Of a stretch of DNA of 64,000 nucleotides, positions 1-10,797 are shown piece by piece (the stretch's first letter is position 1; every line of letters starts with the position of its first letter). Made by a program: the position numbers and the translations under genes. This stretch comes from Diplonema japonicum. Lineage: Eukaryota; Protista; Euglenozoa: Diplonemea. Below the pieces are notes generated by a model. The model saw only the letters and a list, made by a program, of their open reading frames with translations, was not told where the DNA came from and did no database searches. Location of the stretch: positions 1 through 64,000 of the forward strand of contig OZ025662.1 in NCBI GenBank assembly GCA_964019335.1, read 5' to 3'.

Positions 1-780
1 GGGTTTGCGGGTTTGCGGGTTTGCGGGTTTGCGGGTTTGCGGGTTTGCGGGTTTGCGGGTTTGCGGGTTTGCGGGTTTGCGGGTTTGCGGGTTTGCGGGT
101 TTGCGGGTTTGCGGGTTTGCGGGTTTGCGGGTTTGCGGGTTTGCGGGTTTGCGGGTTTGCGGGTTTGCGGGTTTGCGGGTTTGCGGGTTTGCGGGTTTGC
201 GGGTTTGCGGGTTTGCGGGTTTGCGGGTTTGCGGGTTTGCGGGTTTGCGGGTTTGCGGGTTTGCGGGTTTGCGGGTTTGCGGGTTTGCGGGTTTGCGGGT
301 TTGCGGGTTTGCGGGTTTGCGGGTTTGCGGGTTTGCGGGTTTGCGGGTTTGCGGGTTTGCGGGTTTGCGGGTTTGCGGGTTTGCGGGTTGCGGGTTTGCG
401 GGTTTGCGGGTTTGCGGGTCTGCGGGTTGCGGGTTTGCGGGTTTGCGGGTTTGCGGGTTTGCGGGTTTGCGGGTTTGCGGGTTTGCGGGTTTGCGGGTTT
501 GCGGGTTTGCGGGTTTGCGGGTTTGCGGGTTTGCGGGTTTGCGGGTTTGCGGGTTTGCGGGTTTGCGGGTTTGCGGGTTTGCGGGTTTGCGGGTTTGCGG
601 GTTTGCGGGTTTGCGGGTTTGCGGGTTTGCGGGTTTGCGGGTTTGCGGGTTTGCGGGTTTGCGGGTTTGCGGGTTTGCGGGTTTGCGGGTTTGCGGGTTT
701 GCGGGTTTGCGGGTTTGCGGGTTTGCGGGTTTGCGGGTTTGCGGGTTTGCGGGTTTGCGGGTTTGCGGGTTTGCGGGTTT
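1..780 (+). repeat. Tandem 8-bp satellite (GGGTTTGC)n, about 97 units, open at the window start
   Basis: Nearly perfect array. Variants: GGGTTGC at 385-391 and 424-430, GGGTCTGC at 416-423. Ends abruptly at 780 into T/A-rich sequence. Confidence 0.98.
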
Positions 781-1070
781 CTCTTTTTCTTTATGGGAGG
801 GAGAGGGGAAGAAGAAGAAGCAACTCCAAATGATAAAAATTCAAAAATAAAAATCTCAAAAAAGGCTTAAAAGAAGAAGAGGCAAATTCAAAAACATACT
901 AGGGAGGAATGAGTGGGGCAGGGGGTAAAATTTAGGAGGGGGAAAGAGGGAGAATCAAAAAAGGGGAAAGGGGCAGAGTGACCAATGTCCATGCGAAAAA
1001 GCATAGAGCGGGGGAAGAAGAAAATCAAAAACAGGAAAAACACATCACCACAAAAGAAAAAAGAAAAAAG

Positions 1071-1102
<32 letters not shown>

Positions 1103-1359
1103 GTCGACCGAGATGGTTCCACTTCAAAAAGAAAAAGAAAAACAGAAAAATTAAAAAAAAAAGAAAAACAAAAAGAAAAAAAAAAAGGAAAAAAAAAAAA
1201 AAAATCTAAGTGATTCTATCTAGCCTGGCCGTTGTAGCACCTGTTCCCTATTCTTTTATTTTTCCCTTTTTTTTTTTTCTCAGAAAAAAAAAAAAAAGTT
1301 TCACATCTTCCTATGGCGGGGGGGGGGGGGGGAGAACAGCCCCCCACACCCCCGCTGGC

Positions 1360-3258
1360 CTATCTGGCCAGCGAGCCTTTGGACCTCTTCTTGTGGGGTA
1401 TGGGCCCCACCCGTGCCCTCCCCGACTCGAGCTGCAGCCAAGCCACCGCACTGTTCACCGGGGCCCAGTTCTCCTTGTTGCGCACCTTGACCGTGTCCCG
1501 CACCAGGTCGTCGCTCCCCAGCTCTTCCATCAACCTGTGCTCCGCCAAGAACTTGAACTGGGGCCCGGTCATCCCCTTGAGCTCACCCCTGCATATGTTG
1601 GCTTCGACCACGGTGCCATCCGCCCCCGTACCCTTCAGATAGATGTAGCCACCCTCCACACAATCCGAGTCAGTACTGGCCGATCGGGCCCGGGCCCGCT
1701 TCTTGTCCTTCTTGCTCCACTTCAGCTCTTCCAGGGTGGGGAGGTCCGTGGCAACCACCTCAGGCCGCCTCTCCCTGTCTTCCTCCTTCTTCCGGGCCAA
1801 CAGCCCAAGGTACCTCTCAAAGGAGACGTCCTCGAACAACCCCGGGACCGTCACCACCGCTGACTGCAGGTCGACCTCTTCAACACCCATCTTCCGCAGA
1901 TGGTCCTGGACAGTGCGCCTCGTCTCCTTCTCGCAGGGCCCCCTCCCCTCGTAGACGTCGAGGGTGACCTTCCTTCCATCCCTCACCCACGCCTTCACTT
2001 TGATCAGGTCCTTGACCTTTCCCACTGGGGCCCTTATCCTTGCGTCGCACCTCTCCAAGAACTCACGTAGTGTCACCTTGGTAGCGCCGGCTCCCGCCGC
2101 AATGCCCACTACCCCTTCCTTCCCCGGTGTCGGGTGGTGTCTGCACCCCCGGGTCTGCAACTTGACCACCCTCCATGCCGTTTCCAGAGTCCCCTTGAGC
2201 ACGCCACCCTTGAAACGAACAGGTTGCACCGCCGAACACCCACACGCGTACGTGATCTGGAAATCCTGGACCGTCCTCGGGAACTCGAACTCGCGGTATG
2301 TTTCCGACTTCTGCACCTCACAACCCACAATGCGGCTGCGGCGCTCTCCGTCCGACCCACCTTCCAAGCTTGCGAAGTACTGCTTTACCATCATGTATCC
2401 AAGTCCAGCGATACCAATCTGGCCAGCCATAGCCACCTCCAGTGGAACACCCAGCGACTCGGCCTTCGCAAGAAGCATCTCCTCAGTCCTCTCCCTTCCA
2501 GGGTCCGTTCCTTCTTCAAGGATGATCTCCACCCGGCCCTCGAACTGGATGATGAACTTGAGCAGTCGGTCCCCCGGCCTCGCCCTCAGTGGCACCATCG
2601 CTCTCGGAATTGGGATGCCCATCACCACATCAATCGGGTCAAGCTGAACGAAGTCTCCCCCTACTTCCACCTGCTGTTCCCTTTCCGGTGCCCCGACTCC
2701 CATCAGCTGATCTCCCTCCGGCGTCTGGATCCCACCCCTAGGTGTGTCAGGCCCCGACTGGCTGCCTCCGCTCGGTGCGTTCCCGCCCTCTTTGGTCCCT
2801 TCGGGGGCGTCATCCGCCTGCGGCTTCAGAGTCCTCCCACCGCCCTGTCTCTTCGCAGCTTGTTCCCTACAGAATTCGCTCACGGTCATCTTCCTCGTAG
2901 CAGTTGTCGCACTCTGGTCCCCCTTGTTCGAGTCCCTCTGGGCCTCCGTATCCCCCTTAGGACACTCGTCCAAGGTCTGGTTCACCGCAGCGTCAGTCGC
3001 CCCTTGTCTCTTCCCATCTTCCTGGGCCTTCGGGTCAAGCTCCCCTCCCTGCCCAGCCCTCTCGCTGGATCCTGTTCCGGCCATCAGAAATAGATAACAA
3101 GGGGTGGAAAAGAATAAATACTGCATACGAACCTTCTTGTACAGGATCCCCACCGTCTCCTTCCCCGACACTTCCACATCGTGAACCCCGCCTCCCGTCT
3201 TCACGAACACTGTCATATCGTTCACCCCTTCATCTGATCTCTTTCTCTTTCCATTCAT
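1360..3258 (-). CDS. Hypothetical protein (632 aa; alternative start at 3084), possibly mobile-element derived; short ubiquitin/FUBI-like N-terminal segment
   Basis: Long uninterrupted GC-rich ORF. The N-terminus has KRKR, then MTVFVKTGGGVHDVEVSGKETV (resembles the start of Ubl/FUBI), a disordered G/E/Q linker, and a globular part with CGC...CRHH. No family recognised. Confidence 0.6.
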   Translation of the reverse strand: MNGKRKRSDEGVNDMTVFVKTGGGVHDVEVSGKETVGILYKKVRMQYLFFSTPCYLFLMAGTGSSERAGQGGELDPKAQEDGKRQGATDAAVNQTLDECPKGDTEAQRDSNKGDQSATTATRKMTVSEFCREQAAKRQGGGRTLKPQADDAPEGTKEGGNAPSGGSQSGPDTPRGGIQTPEGDQLMGVGAPEREQQVEVGGDFVQLDPIDVVMGIPIPRAMVPLRARPGDRLLKFIIQFEGRVEIILEEGTDPGRERTEEMLLAKAESLGVPLEVAMAGQIGIAGLGYMMVKQYFASLEGGSDGERRSRIVGCEVQKSETYREFEFPRTVQDFQITYACGCSAVQPVRFKGGVLKGTLETAWRVVKLQTRGCRHHPTPGKEGVVGIAAGAGATKVTLREFLERCDARIRAPVGKVKDLIKVKAWVRDGRKVTLDVYEGRGPCEKETRRTVQDHLRKMGVEEVDLQSAVVTVPGLFEDVSFERYLGLLARKKEEDRERRPEVVATDLPTLEELKWSKKDKKRARARSASTDSDCVEGGYIYLKGTGADGTVVEANICRGELKGMTGPQFKFLAEHRLMEELGSDDLVRDTVKVRNKENWAPVNSAVAWLQLESGRARVGPIPHKKRSKGSLAR

Positions 3259-4193
3259 GTTCTTTTATTTTTGTTCTTTTGCCCCCACCCTTTTTGTTTT
3301 GTTTTTTTTATTTTCTCTGCGTGCTTGTCTTGAAGGCTTCAGAAGTGAATGAAGAAGAAGACTCTAGAAAACAAAAATCTACTGTAAACGAACATATTTC
3401 CCCTCTTTTTTTCCGCACCCAAAATGGGTGGCTACAAATTATTATTGATTTTAAAGTTAAAGTTGGAAAACTTTACTGACCCATTAAGGGGAAGTCTTTC
3501 TAAAAGTTCTCGTGCATATATTTATTATGCTGTGCGTTCTCTTTTATGAGCCCAAAGTGTGCTAGTGCTCGTGCGGGTTGCAGGTAGTAGCGCTGTGCCT
3601 GAGTTCTTGAATTCTTGATGAGGTGATGCAAGTTCTGCTAACAAGAAAAATCATGCGCTTCGATGTTTTCCGAGCAATTTTCGAGGCGGCCGTCTTGGTG
3701 CTTCAACTGGGTTGCTTGGTAGGGAATAAGCTTGTCCTGTGCACTCCATCGTCCTTGATCACCAGCAACACCATCCATGGATCTCTCCTCTTTTCAGTCA
3801 TCTTCCGCTCATTTATTGATGTAAAAAAACTGTGATAGTGTGTGCCATGGAATAATGTGTAACATTTTCCGGGGCAGCTGATGGACTGTCTGCCGCGGTA
3901 CTATGCATGCGGGGACCTTTCTCGCGAACTCCACGACGGCGAAAGGTGAGGGTTGTGGCATTCGACGAGACGGAGTTCGTAAATAAAGCAGATAAAAAAA
4001 GCACTAGAAAGAATAATGCTCTCACGGAACTAAATACTCGGATTGCGATCGGGATGGATTGAGTAACCGCGAAAAGCTATTTTTTTTTTTTCCTCCTCCA
4101 TTTTTCTTTTTTCGTTGTCGCAACCGGCACTTGCTGGCTGGCACAGAATTCATTTCGGGGTAGGCGAGAGCACCACGAAGATCGCGAAAAGAG

Positions 4194-5270
4194 CTATTCT
4201 ATTTCATCCAAACAAGCACCGCAATCGGGTTTCATGATGGCACAATATTTACTGTTCGTTGTCCTCTGCATGTGCACCGGCTCATGGAAGATCATGTGCC
4301 AAATATGTTCAAAGATACCACCGGCCGCCCTCACTTGCATTCCATGGTACTTTTTCGCGTTCTGTTCGTCCAGTATGAAGTCCAGCATATGTGCCCACAG
4401 AGTGGCGTAGAAGCTTCTTGGTCTGCTCCTCACCATCGCTCTTGTGAGCGCAAATTCTGCACAACAGTGAAATGTCACGCACGTTGGGGGTGCATCAAGG
4501 GTGCTGTTTAGCAACTTCCACGGGAAACCTTTCCAATAGGCCACGAAGGCGCCGTAGTCTATCTCCTCGCCTGCACGAGGGCCAATCTTAATTCTCTTCA
4601 GCATAGAGTTCCCTTCCCAGTCGATGATGCACCTATTCTCCACAAATCTTTTTGTCAGAAACACGAAGTGGGGCGTGTCTCCGACGTCGTCCCGCAAGCA
4701 ACCTACCCATTGCGAAATAACAGGGTTGTGAGCCTGTGGCTTGCCGTGCAAGAAGGCCATCACATCAGGCAGGTGATCATAGTTGTCAAGGATGAAGCGC
4801 AGGTACCCTGAACCTTCGTCTGCGAAGTTCAGAAGCGCGTACCTCCCGTTCCCCATGTCTTGCACGAAGCTGTCGGAGAAGTCAGGCACCACACCGGGCA
4901 CCCTTCCCATTTCATACACGCTGTGGCTAAAGTCAGCCCCCCACCCAGTGTTAAGCCATGTCAGATTTTCTTTATAATGTGACACGATTAGATGTCTTTC
5001 ATTCTCTCTCCTGCTGTTTCCCAACACTTTGGGCGTTTTGGTCTGCAAACTCACTAACAACGGCGCAGTGGGCACGGGTACAGGGACACGCATCGGTATG
5101 CGCACCGTTCCAGTAACAGGCATGACAGGTACAGATGGCATTGGCGCAGCTGACTTGGATATCACATTCTGATGTGCACTCACGAAGAGCAGTGCTGTCA
5201 CTGTTACAGAATATGCGCACAAGAGCCACGTGACCCAACTAGAGCGCAAGGCACGGCGAGGGGTCTGCAT
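4194..5270 (-). CDS. DUF3431-family type II membrane protein (putative glycosyltransferase-like)
   Basis: N-terminal signal anchor. Motifs IVSHYKENLTWL, EGSGYLRFILDNYDHLPDVMAFLHG, CCAEFALTR..VRSRPRSFY and IFEHIWHMIF are typical of DUF3431. Confidence 0.85.
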   Translation of the reverse strand: MQTPRRALRSSWVTWLLCAYSVTVTALLFVSAHQNVISKSAAPMPSVPVMPVTGTVRIPMRVPVPVPTAPLLVSLQTKTPKVLGNSRRENERHLIVSHYKENLTWLNTGWGADFSHSVYEMGRVPGVVPDFSDSFVQDMGNGRYALLNFADEGSGYLRFILDNYDHLPDVMAFLHGKPQAHNPVISQWVGCLRDDVGDTPHFVFLTKRFVENRCIIDWEGNSMLKRIKIGPRAGEEIDYGAFVAYWKGFPWKLLNSTLDAPPTCVTFHCCAEFALTRAMVRSRPRSFYATLWAHMLDFILDEQNAKKYHGMQVRAAGGIFEHIWHMIFHEPVHMQRTTNSKYCAIMKPDCGACLDEIE

Positions 5271-5322
5271 GTTCTCCTGACCTGTATGTGGTGAGCAACT
5301 ATCAAACTAGTGAGAAGAATAC

Positions 5323-6006
5323 TTAAGCACCCTCCTTTCGGCAATTGCCCGCTACGTGGCCAAAGCCATCAGACCCATTGTGTTTCGGGCCGCGTTTCGA
5401 AAACTCATGGCACGCCATATCAGCACCCCTCCAGTTGAAGGTGACGCAGTCAATATGTTCCAAGCATCGCTTCGCGCAGGCATCTGGGGTTGGTGCTCTG
5501 CCTGCACATGCTGCTGAGGAGTCTGGCGAGCGGTAATGGAGCTGTGAGGCATAGCCCCCGGCAGGGCCGCCTCCTTCGTACCACGTGTGGTTTTCCATGT
5601 GGCAGAACCCCGATGTGAAGCTGGCGTCCTGTCTTTGGGGAATGGTACAGAGGTACACGCAGTTACCTGAGGTAAAGTTCTGTGTATGTCTCTCGACGAC
5701 TTCAGACTTAACGCTTGCAAAAATGTAGCACCTCGCCAGTCCACCGTGGTGCGTGTAGTAGCTGCAGCCGCCATCACGCACACAGAGCTCCTCACAATGA
5801 CCACTTGTGTTTGCTTTCTTTGTGTTAATGAGTCTGCCTTCCCATCTCACGTGCTCCTTCCGAATGCACAGCTCCTTATGCACATCAACAACACCATCTT
5901 TTCGGGCACCCACGCTGTCCGCACATTCCTGAACAACACTAGGCAGGATGAAACCCAAACTAAACATCACCAGCACCACTGCACATAGCCTAGCAGTGCC
6001 TACCAT
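5323..6006 (-). CDS. Secreted PAN/Apple-domain protein (two domains)
   Basis: Signal peptide from MVGTARL (ATG 6006). Two C-x3-C-x5-C-x2-(F/Y) motifs: CEELCVRDGGCSYY and CAKRCLEHIDCVTF. Confidence 0.75.
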   Translation of the reverse strand: MVGTARLCAVVLVMFSLGFILPSVVQECADSVGARKDGVVDVHKELCIRKEHVRWEGRLINTKKANTSGHCEELCVRDGGCSYYTHHGGLARCYIFASVKSEVVERHTQNFTSGNCVYLCTIPQRQDASFTSGFCHMENHTWYEGGGPAGGYASQLHYRSPDSSAACAGRAPTPDACAKRCLEHIDCVTFNWRGADMACHEFSKRGPKHNGSDGFGHVAGNCRKEGA

Positions 6007-6765
6007 CCGACATGTGGTCCTTGGATACGTACAAAGGAGAATGGGTCTCAACAATAAACAATAAACAAGTGGTAAAAAAGAAGAAACACAGACATAAACG
6101 TAAAATCTTCTTCTTGATGAAACTAAACAGGCCCTTTCAAAGGATGAGAAGAAGTGGCCAGCAAGAGCTAGGACGGAAGTTTTCTTTTACTTTTACGCTG
6201 CATTGTCTCTGACACGAACAGCTTAAACACTTCTCACACACGGACCACAAGCCCCCTTCCTGCAGGGTTGGGGCACGACATGGTAGACGTTGCCTTTTGC
6301 ATACTGTTGATCTTAAGAGGTGAGTTGAAACGTCTGGAGGAAGCCTTCACCAGTTAGCGTGGCAATGGTGGGAACAGGAAGGGAGGGTTAGGCAAGTGGT
6401 AGATCAGAAGAATAGCTTACGTATACACACTAATTCAAGGTTTCTTCGTTCTTTTTCCTTTTTCTTTAATTCTGCTAACTCAAGATAATACTTTTGAAAC
6501 TTGCCGTTTTTGGTTTTTCGCTCGAGCAAAGAAGTGCGAGAGGCAGAAAAAAACAATGTAAAACCTAATAAAATAGAAATAAATTCTTTGCTACGGCACA
6601 AGGATGACAAGTTCTTGTATCATTTACTCAAGTTACTCAAGTTATTTTGACTAAAAAGAAAAAAGAAAAGAAAGGGGAAAAGATAAAGAGAAAAAAAGAA
6701 ACACGACAAATTCAATGAGATTGGTACGAAAAAAAAAAAAAAAAAAAGCAAATCGACTCTTGTTT

Positions 6766-7941
6766 CTAACGACCACCACCGTGTTTACGAGGCCTTTGGT
6801 AAGTGGATCGGCGCAGCTGTTTGGTTGTTACAAACATAAGAAAGGCTCTATGCAGCATACCGCTTCCATTCTCTCCTCGTGCTGCTCTGCGTTGTCCGGG
6901 TCGAGGTCGGGGAAGGCACCCTTCATGGTCCTGACAAGCTGTCTGAAGTTGAGGATGACTGGGAGGGCGGTGAAGAGCATGATGAGGCCGAGCATGCCGA
7001 GGTCCATGTACTTGCTGTCGAAGTAGCGCAGCCAACCGAGAAGCTTCTTCACCTTCCACACCTGAGTCTGGAACTCCTGACCCCAACCACCGTGACGCGC
7101 GAAGGCTGCGTTGTGGCGCATGTGTGCAGGTGGCTTCCTGCCGTACAGGTTGTAGTACATCCTCGCCTGTTGTGTGTCTGGCTTGACCTGCCTCCATACC
7201 TCGTTGTTGTGCAGAGTACCGTACGCCTCCGTCAACTCCGCAAGGTCCAAGTGCTCTACCTCTGGGTCTTTATTTTCTATCTTCTGCTTCATTTCCTCGA
7301 ACTTCTCCTTCAGCTCTTTCTTCCCAACCCCAAACCCTGCCTTCATTTCCAACACCTTTTTTGTTTGTTGTCGTTGTTGAAAAAGAAAAGCCACATACCT
7401 CGTAGTAGTCTGTCAGCACAACACTAGAGACCTGGTCGTGCAGCACTTGGATCTGCTGACCTTCTTTGCGACACGCGGCATCGCATTCAGGCGACGCCAT
7501 CTTCTTCCTAAATTCTTCATGAGCTTCCTGTATCTCCTGCTGCTCTTTTTTCCTCCTAATTGTTTCCTGTATCTTCGTCTCGCCCGCTTCCTTTGCCTGC
7601 CGTTCACGGTTTACTTTCGAAAAATATTGTGCTGTCACATCGTCGTCAGCTTTCGCAAACTCTTCTGTCTCATCCGAGTCCCTCTCGGGAGGTGTTATGT
7701 GCTCACCGTCCAGTTTAATCACCATCAGCAACACGATGAAAAGCAGGATCACCAGCATGAACAAGTACCTGAAGTACACCCCCAAATGGTTCCTTGAAGT
7801 GTCTGCAATGTCTGTGTCCCCCAAAGCTGCCTGCATCATCATAGCCTGCTTCGCTTGCCTGATGGACTCTGTGGTGTTCATCGCCATCCCACCACCCTTC
7901 ACCTGCCGGAACCCAGGCCTTGCCCTTACCGTTGGCGGCAT
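6766..7941 (-). CDS. Membrane protein with a J-domain-like fold lacking HPD (351 aa, 4 exons)
   Basis: Introns 7356-7398, 7167-7199 and 6817-6860 (GTATG...AG) join three ORF fragments into one frame. Spliced sequence TDYYEVLEM...ELTEAYGTLHNNEARMYYNLYG matches J-domain helices I and III-IV. Two hydrophobic segments. Confidence 0.75.
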
Positions 7942-8157
7942 TTTAGTTTATTTTCTGTTGGGAAACATGTACAACAGTTCATTATCCGGATAAAGCAACA
8001 CTGTTATTGCCTATCAACTATCATGTGTTTAACGTTTTGTCTGTGTTTGGTATTGCATATTTCAAGAAGAAGAAGCCATCACGAGCTTCCCTTCTGTGAG
8101 GAAGATTGCGGCACGCGTTTCTTTCTTTTCTTGAGACCAACACGGTTAAGATCTCGC

Positions 8158-9169
8158 TCACAGCTTGGGGATCATGATGATCTTCCCAGCAGCACCATCC
8201 ACGGGCTTGATAACGTGCACGTGCGCAGTGGGTGCCTGTAGTGTTGCTGTTGCTGCTGCAGGCTTCGCGACATACCTGGTCAAGAGAGAGCCTCTCAGCA
8301 ACTACGGGCTTTAGTGTCTTGTTGTCAAGGCCCGCGACAAGCTTTGCCACTGCCTCCTGCTTCTGCTCTTCGGTCTGTGTTGTAAGGAAGAGTCCCTTCA
8401 CCTCAAGTTCCTTGGTCATGATGTCCCTAGGGTTGATGGTCACGGTGCCACGGGAGCCCACGATCACGATCCTGCCTTTCTTCGCAGCCACGGTAAGGTC
8501 GTTGGCTAGGTTGACATTGGCGAGCACCTCGATGATGACATCGAAGGGGCCGTGGGCCGCAACCTTTTTGAAGTAGCCATCCTCCAAGTGAATGTACGCA
8601 TGGTCGCAGCCCACCCTCTTCAGCAACTCCACGCCCCTCTGGTTGTCAGCTGTGCCTGTCACAGTCATTCCGTGTGCCTTCGCGAGCTGGATGGCCACCA
8701 GACCGACACCACCGCTAGCCCCGTGGATGAATAGATTCTCCCCAGACTTGGCTTGACCTCGAGTGAACAGTGCCCTGTAAGCGGCCATGGCAGGCGTACC
8801 CAAGCTGGCCCCAGCCTCGAACGAGGCAACGTCTGGGAGCTTGTGCACATCTGACTCCCCGACTAGAAAGTGGTGAGCGTAGGCACCCGTCACTGCGCCC
8901 GTGCTGAACACCCTGTCACCAACTTTCACCTTCTTCACGTTCGGCCCCACCGCGTCCACAATACCACTGGCGTCCCTTCCTGGCGTGTACGGTAGCTTGG
9001 GGTTCCTACCTGCAGTGCCCGATCTCCAGTATGTCTCAACAGGGTTGACGCCCACCGCCCTCACAGCTACCCTCACCTGCGATGCAGCGGGCACGGGAAG
9101 CTGTATTTCTCTCAGCTTCAGTACCTCCGGACCCCCTGTCTCAGTCATCACGATGGCTTTCGTTGTCAT
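8158..9169 (-). CDS. NADPH:quinone oxidoreductase (zeta-crystallin/MDR family), 323 aa, C-terminal PKL
   Basis: Motifs GGPEVLK, VGVNPVE, PYTPGRDASG, VGDRV, IHGASGGVG. One 40-nt intron (8236-8275) restores the canonical GKII end and gives ...IPKL-stop. Confidence 0.92.
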
Positions 9170-9357
9170 TTTGTTCCTGCTGGTGTTATCATCTCTTATT
9201 GTAAACAACATGATGAGTTCAATAAGTGTTCTTCGCATCACAGGGACTTCACGCCCAGTGCGAATGACCACAAAAGTGACGTACGTAAAACGGAAATGTG
9301 ATATGTTAAGAAACTTTACGTTTTCTTCAAACATAACTAGACTTTCATCCCTCGTCT

Positions 9358-10797
9358 TCACCAAGGTCCACCGTGGTGCTGCTGGACAATGCTGAACTCG
9401 TCGACGACGTGCCCCGACAGGTTCAGCTGTGTAAAGGTGGCATGTGTGGAGTTGTGGAAGGTGGCTTGGTTGACCCCACGCTGGTAAGTGGTGTCTCTGA
9501 AGGCTTCCCACGGCTGCTGCGGGGAAACAAAATAATCTTCAGACACACCACCGCCAATACCCGACTGAATATGCACTGTTCCCTTTGGGTTCATGTAGTC
9601 CGATGCCATGCGTGTACCCCTCGCGACAGGGAAAGTGCGCTCGTAGTGATGTGTATGGCCAGAGACTACTACGTCGACAGCATTCCGCAAGAGCACGTCC
9701 TCTATGCCCACAGGGGAGAACCAATACTGCCGCCCCACGCGTAGCGACATCGCCTCAGAATTGCATTCTGCATCATCTGTTTTGGTGCAGTACAGGGCAC
9801 GGTGCAACAGCACCACCACCCATGGTGTCTCCGTCCTGTTGACACGCGACAAATCGGTGCTGAGCCACGAGATCTGCGCATCAGCCCGCCCGAAGCTCAC
9901 TCTGTTGGCCCAGGCATCTGCATCGAGTACAACAAAGTGCACAATCCCTGAGTTGAAGCTGAACCATCTGTTGCTGTTGGATCCACTCTTCCTTCCCATC
10001 GCGTGCTCTCCGCGGTACCTGTGTACATAGTGATTATATGACGCCATTTCCCATTTTTCGGCTTCATGGTTTCCGGGGCCGAACACGTAAGGTGTCTTTG
10101 AGGCCACTGGCTCGATGTCGATCATGAAGCCGTCGCCGATCCTGCCGCAGTCGTCGTCTAAGTTGTAGGCGATGTCCCCTATGTGGATGATGAGGTCGGT
10201 CCTGTTGCTGTTTGACAGCATCTTCAGCAGCGGGATCGACGTGTCGCTGTGTTTCCCGTATGACATCCCTGACAGGTCGCCGAACATGGTCACACGCAGG
10301 GCGCCGTCGGTTGGCGTTGGTGTGAAGTGCAGCACTCTAGACTGTTTGCCGTAGGTTGCTTTGTAGTAAATGGGTGGGGTCAGATCTGTGATGTCGACCT
10401 CCACAGCATGAATTACGCGTGTCACGGTAGGACACTCCGGCTTGTCGGTGAACAGGATCGGCGTAGAGGTGAAGTTCTGTTTATTATTAAGTAATGTAAC
10501 CAACGATGGCCCGCGGCCGCCTGTGTTAAACGTCACCCAGTTCACCACATAGTGCGAGGCGCCGGACCCGGGGACAACGAACACTTGCTGGATGGCATCA
10601 CCCTCTCCGTACGTGTTCACCCATGAAGGGTCTACGGCATGCGACTCGTATACAACAGGCACAATCACGCCGTAGAGCTCGATCAGCACCAGCACTGCGA
10701 TGCAGCATGTCACAACAACTACATCACCCCTCCGCCACCATGAAGACCTCTTCCTCGAAGACCCCCTTCTGAGCAGCGGCGTCGACTCGCTCTCCAT
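9358..10797 (-). CDS. Purple acid phosphatase (ACP7-like metallophosphoesterase), type II membrane
   Basis: Metal-ligand motifs FGDLS, HIGDIAY, GNHE, LLHR and GHTHHYER. N-terminal TM helix. Likely start MESEST at 10797. Confidence 0.92.
   Translation of the reverse strand: MESESTPLLRRGSSRKRSSWWRRGDVVVVTCCIAVLVLIELYGVIVPVVYESHAVDPSWVNTYGEGDAIQQVFVVPGSGASHYVVNWVTFNTGGRGPSLVTLLNNKQNFTSTPILFTDKPECPTVTRVIHAVEVDITDLTPPIYYKATYGKQSRVLHFTPTPTDGALRVTMFGDLSGMSYGKHSDTSIPLLKMLSNSNRTDLIIHIGDIAYNLDDDCGRIGDGFMIDIEPVASKTPYVFGPGNHEAEKWEMASYNHYVHRYRGEHAMGRKSGSNSNRWFSFNSGIVHFVVLDADAWANRVSFGRADAQISWLSTDLSRVNRTETPWVVVLLHRALYCTKTDDAECNSEAMSLRVGRQYWFSPVGIEDVLLRNAVDVVVSGHTHHYERTFPVARGTRMASDYMNPKGTVHIQSGIGGGVSEDYFVSPQQPWEAFRDTTYQRGVNQATFHNSTHATFTQLNLSGHVVDEFSIVQQHHGGPW

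Noticed and set aside
1-780. True telomere at the left end
   Set aside because: A left chromosome end should show the C-rich strand on +, but here the G-rich strand runs inward. The unit also differs from TTAGGG. It cannot be fully excluded without contig context.
5-870. Three ~280-aa RVCGFAGL-repeat ORFs
   Set aside because: Translations of a stop-free 8-bp satellite.
3500-4025. Possible small secreted gene or pseudogene
   Set aside because: The signal-like 70-aa ORF has no ATG start, downstream frames contain stops, and I could not build a consistent intron model.
8021-9511. 496-aa version of the quinone oxidoreductase overlapping the phosphatase gene
   Set aside because: The N-terminal extension runs through the neighbouring gene and spacer. 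Family homology starts at ATG 9169.
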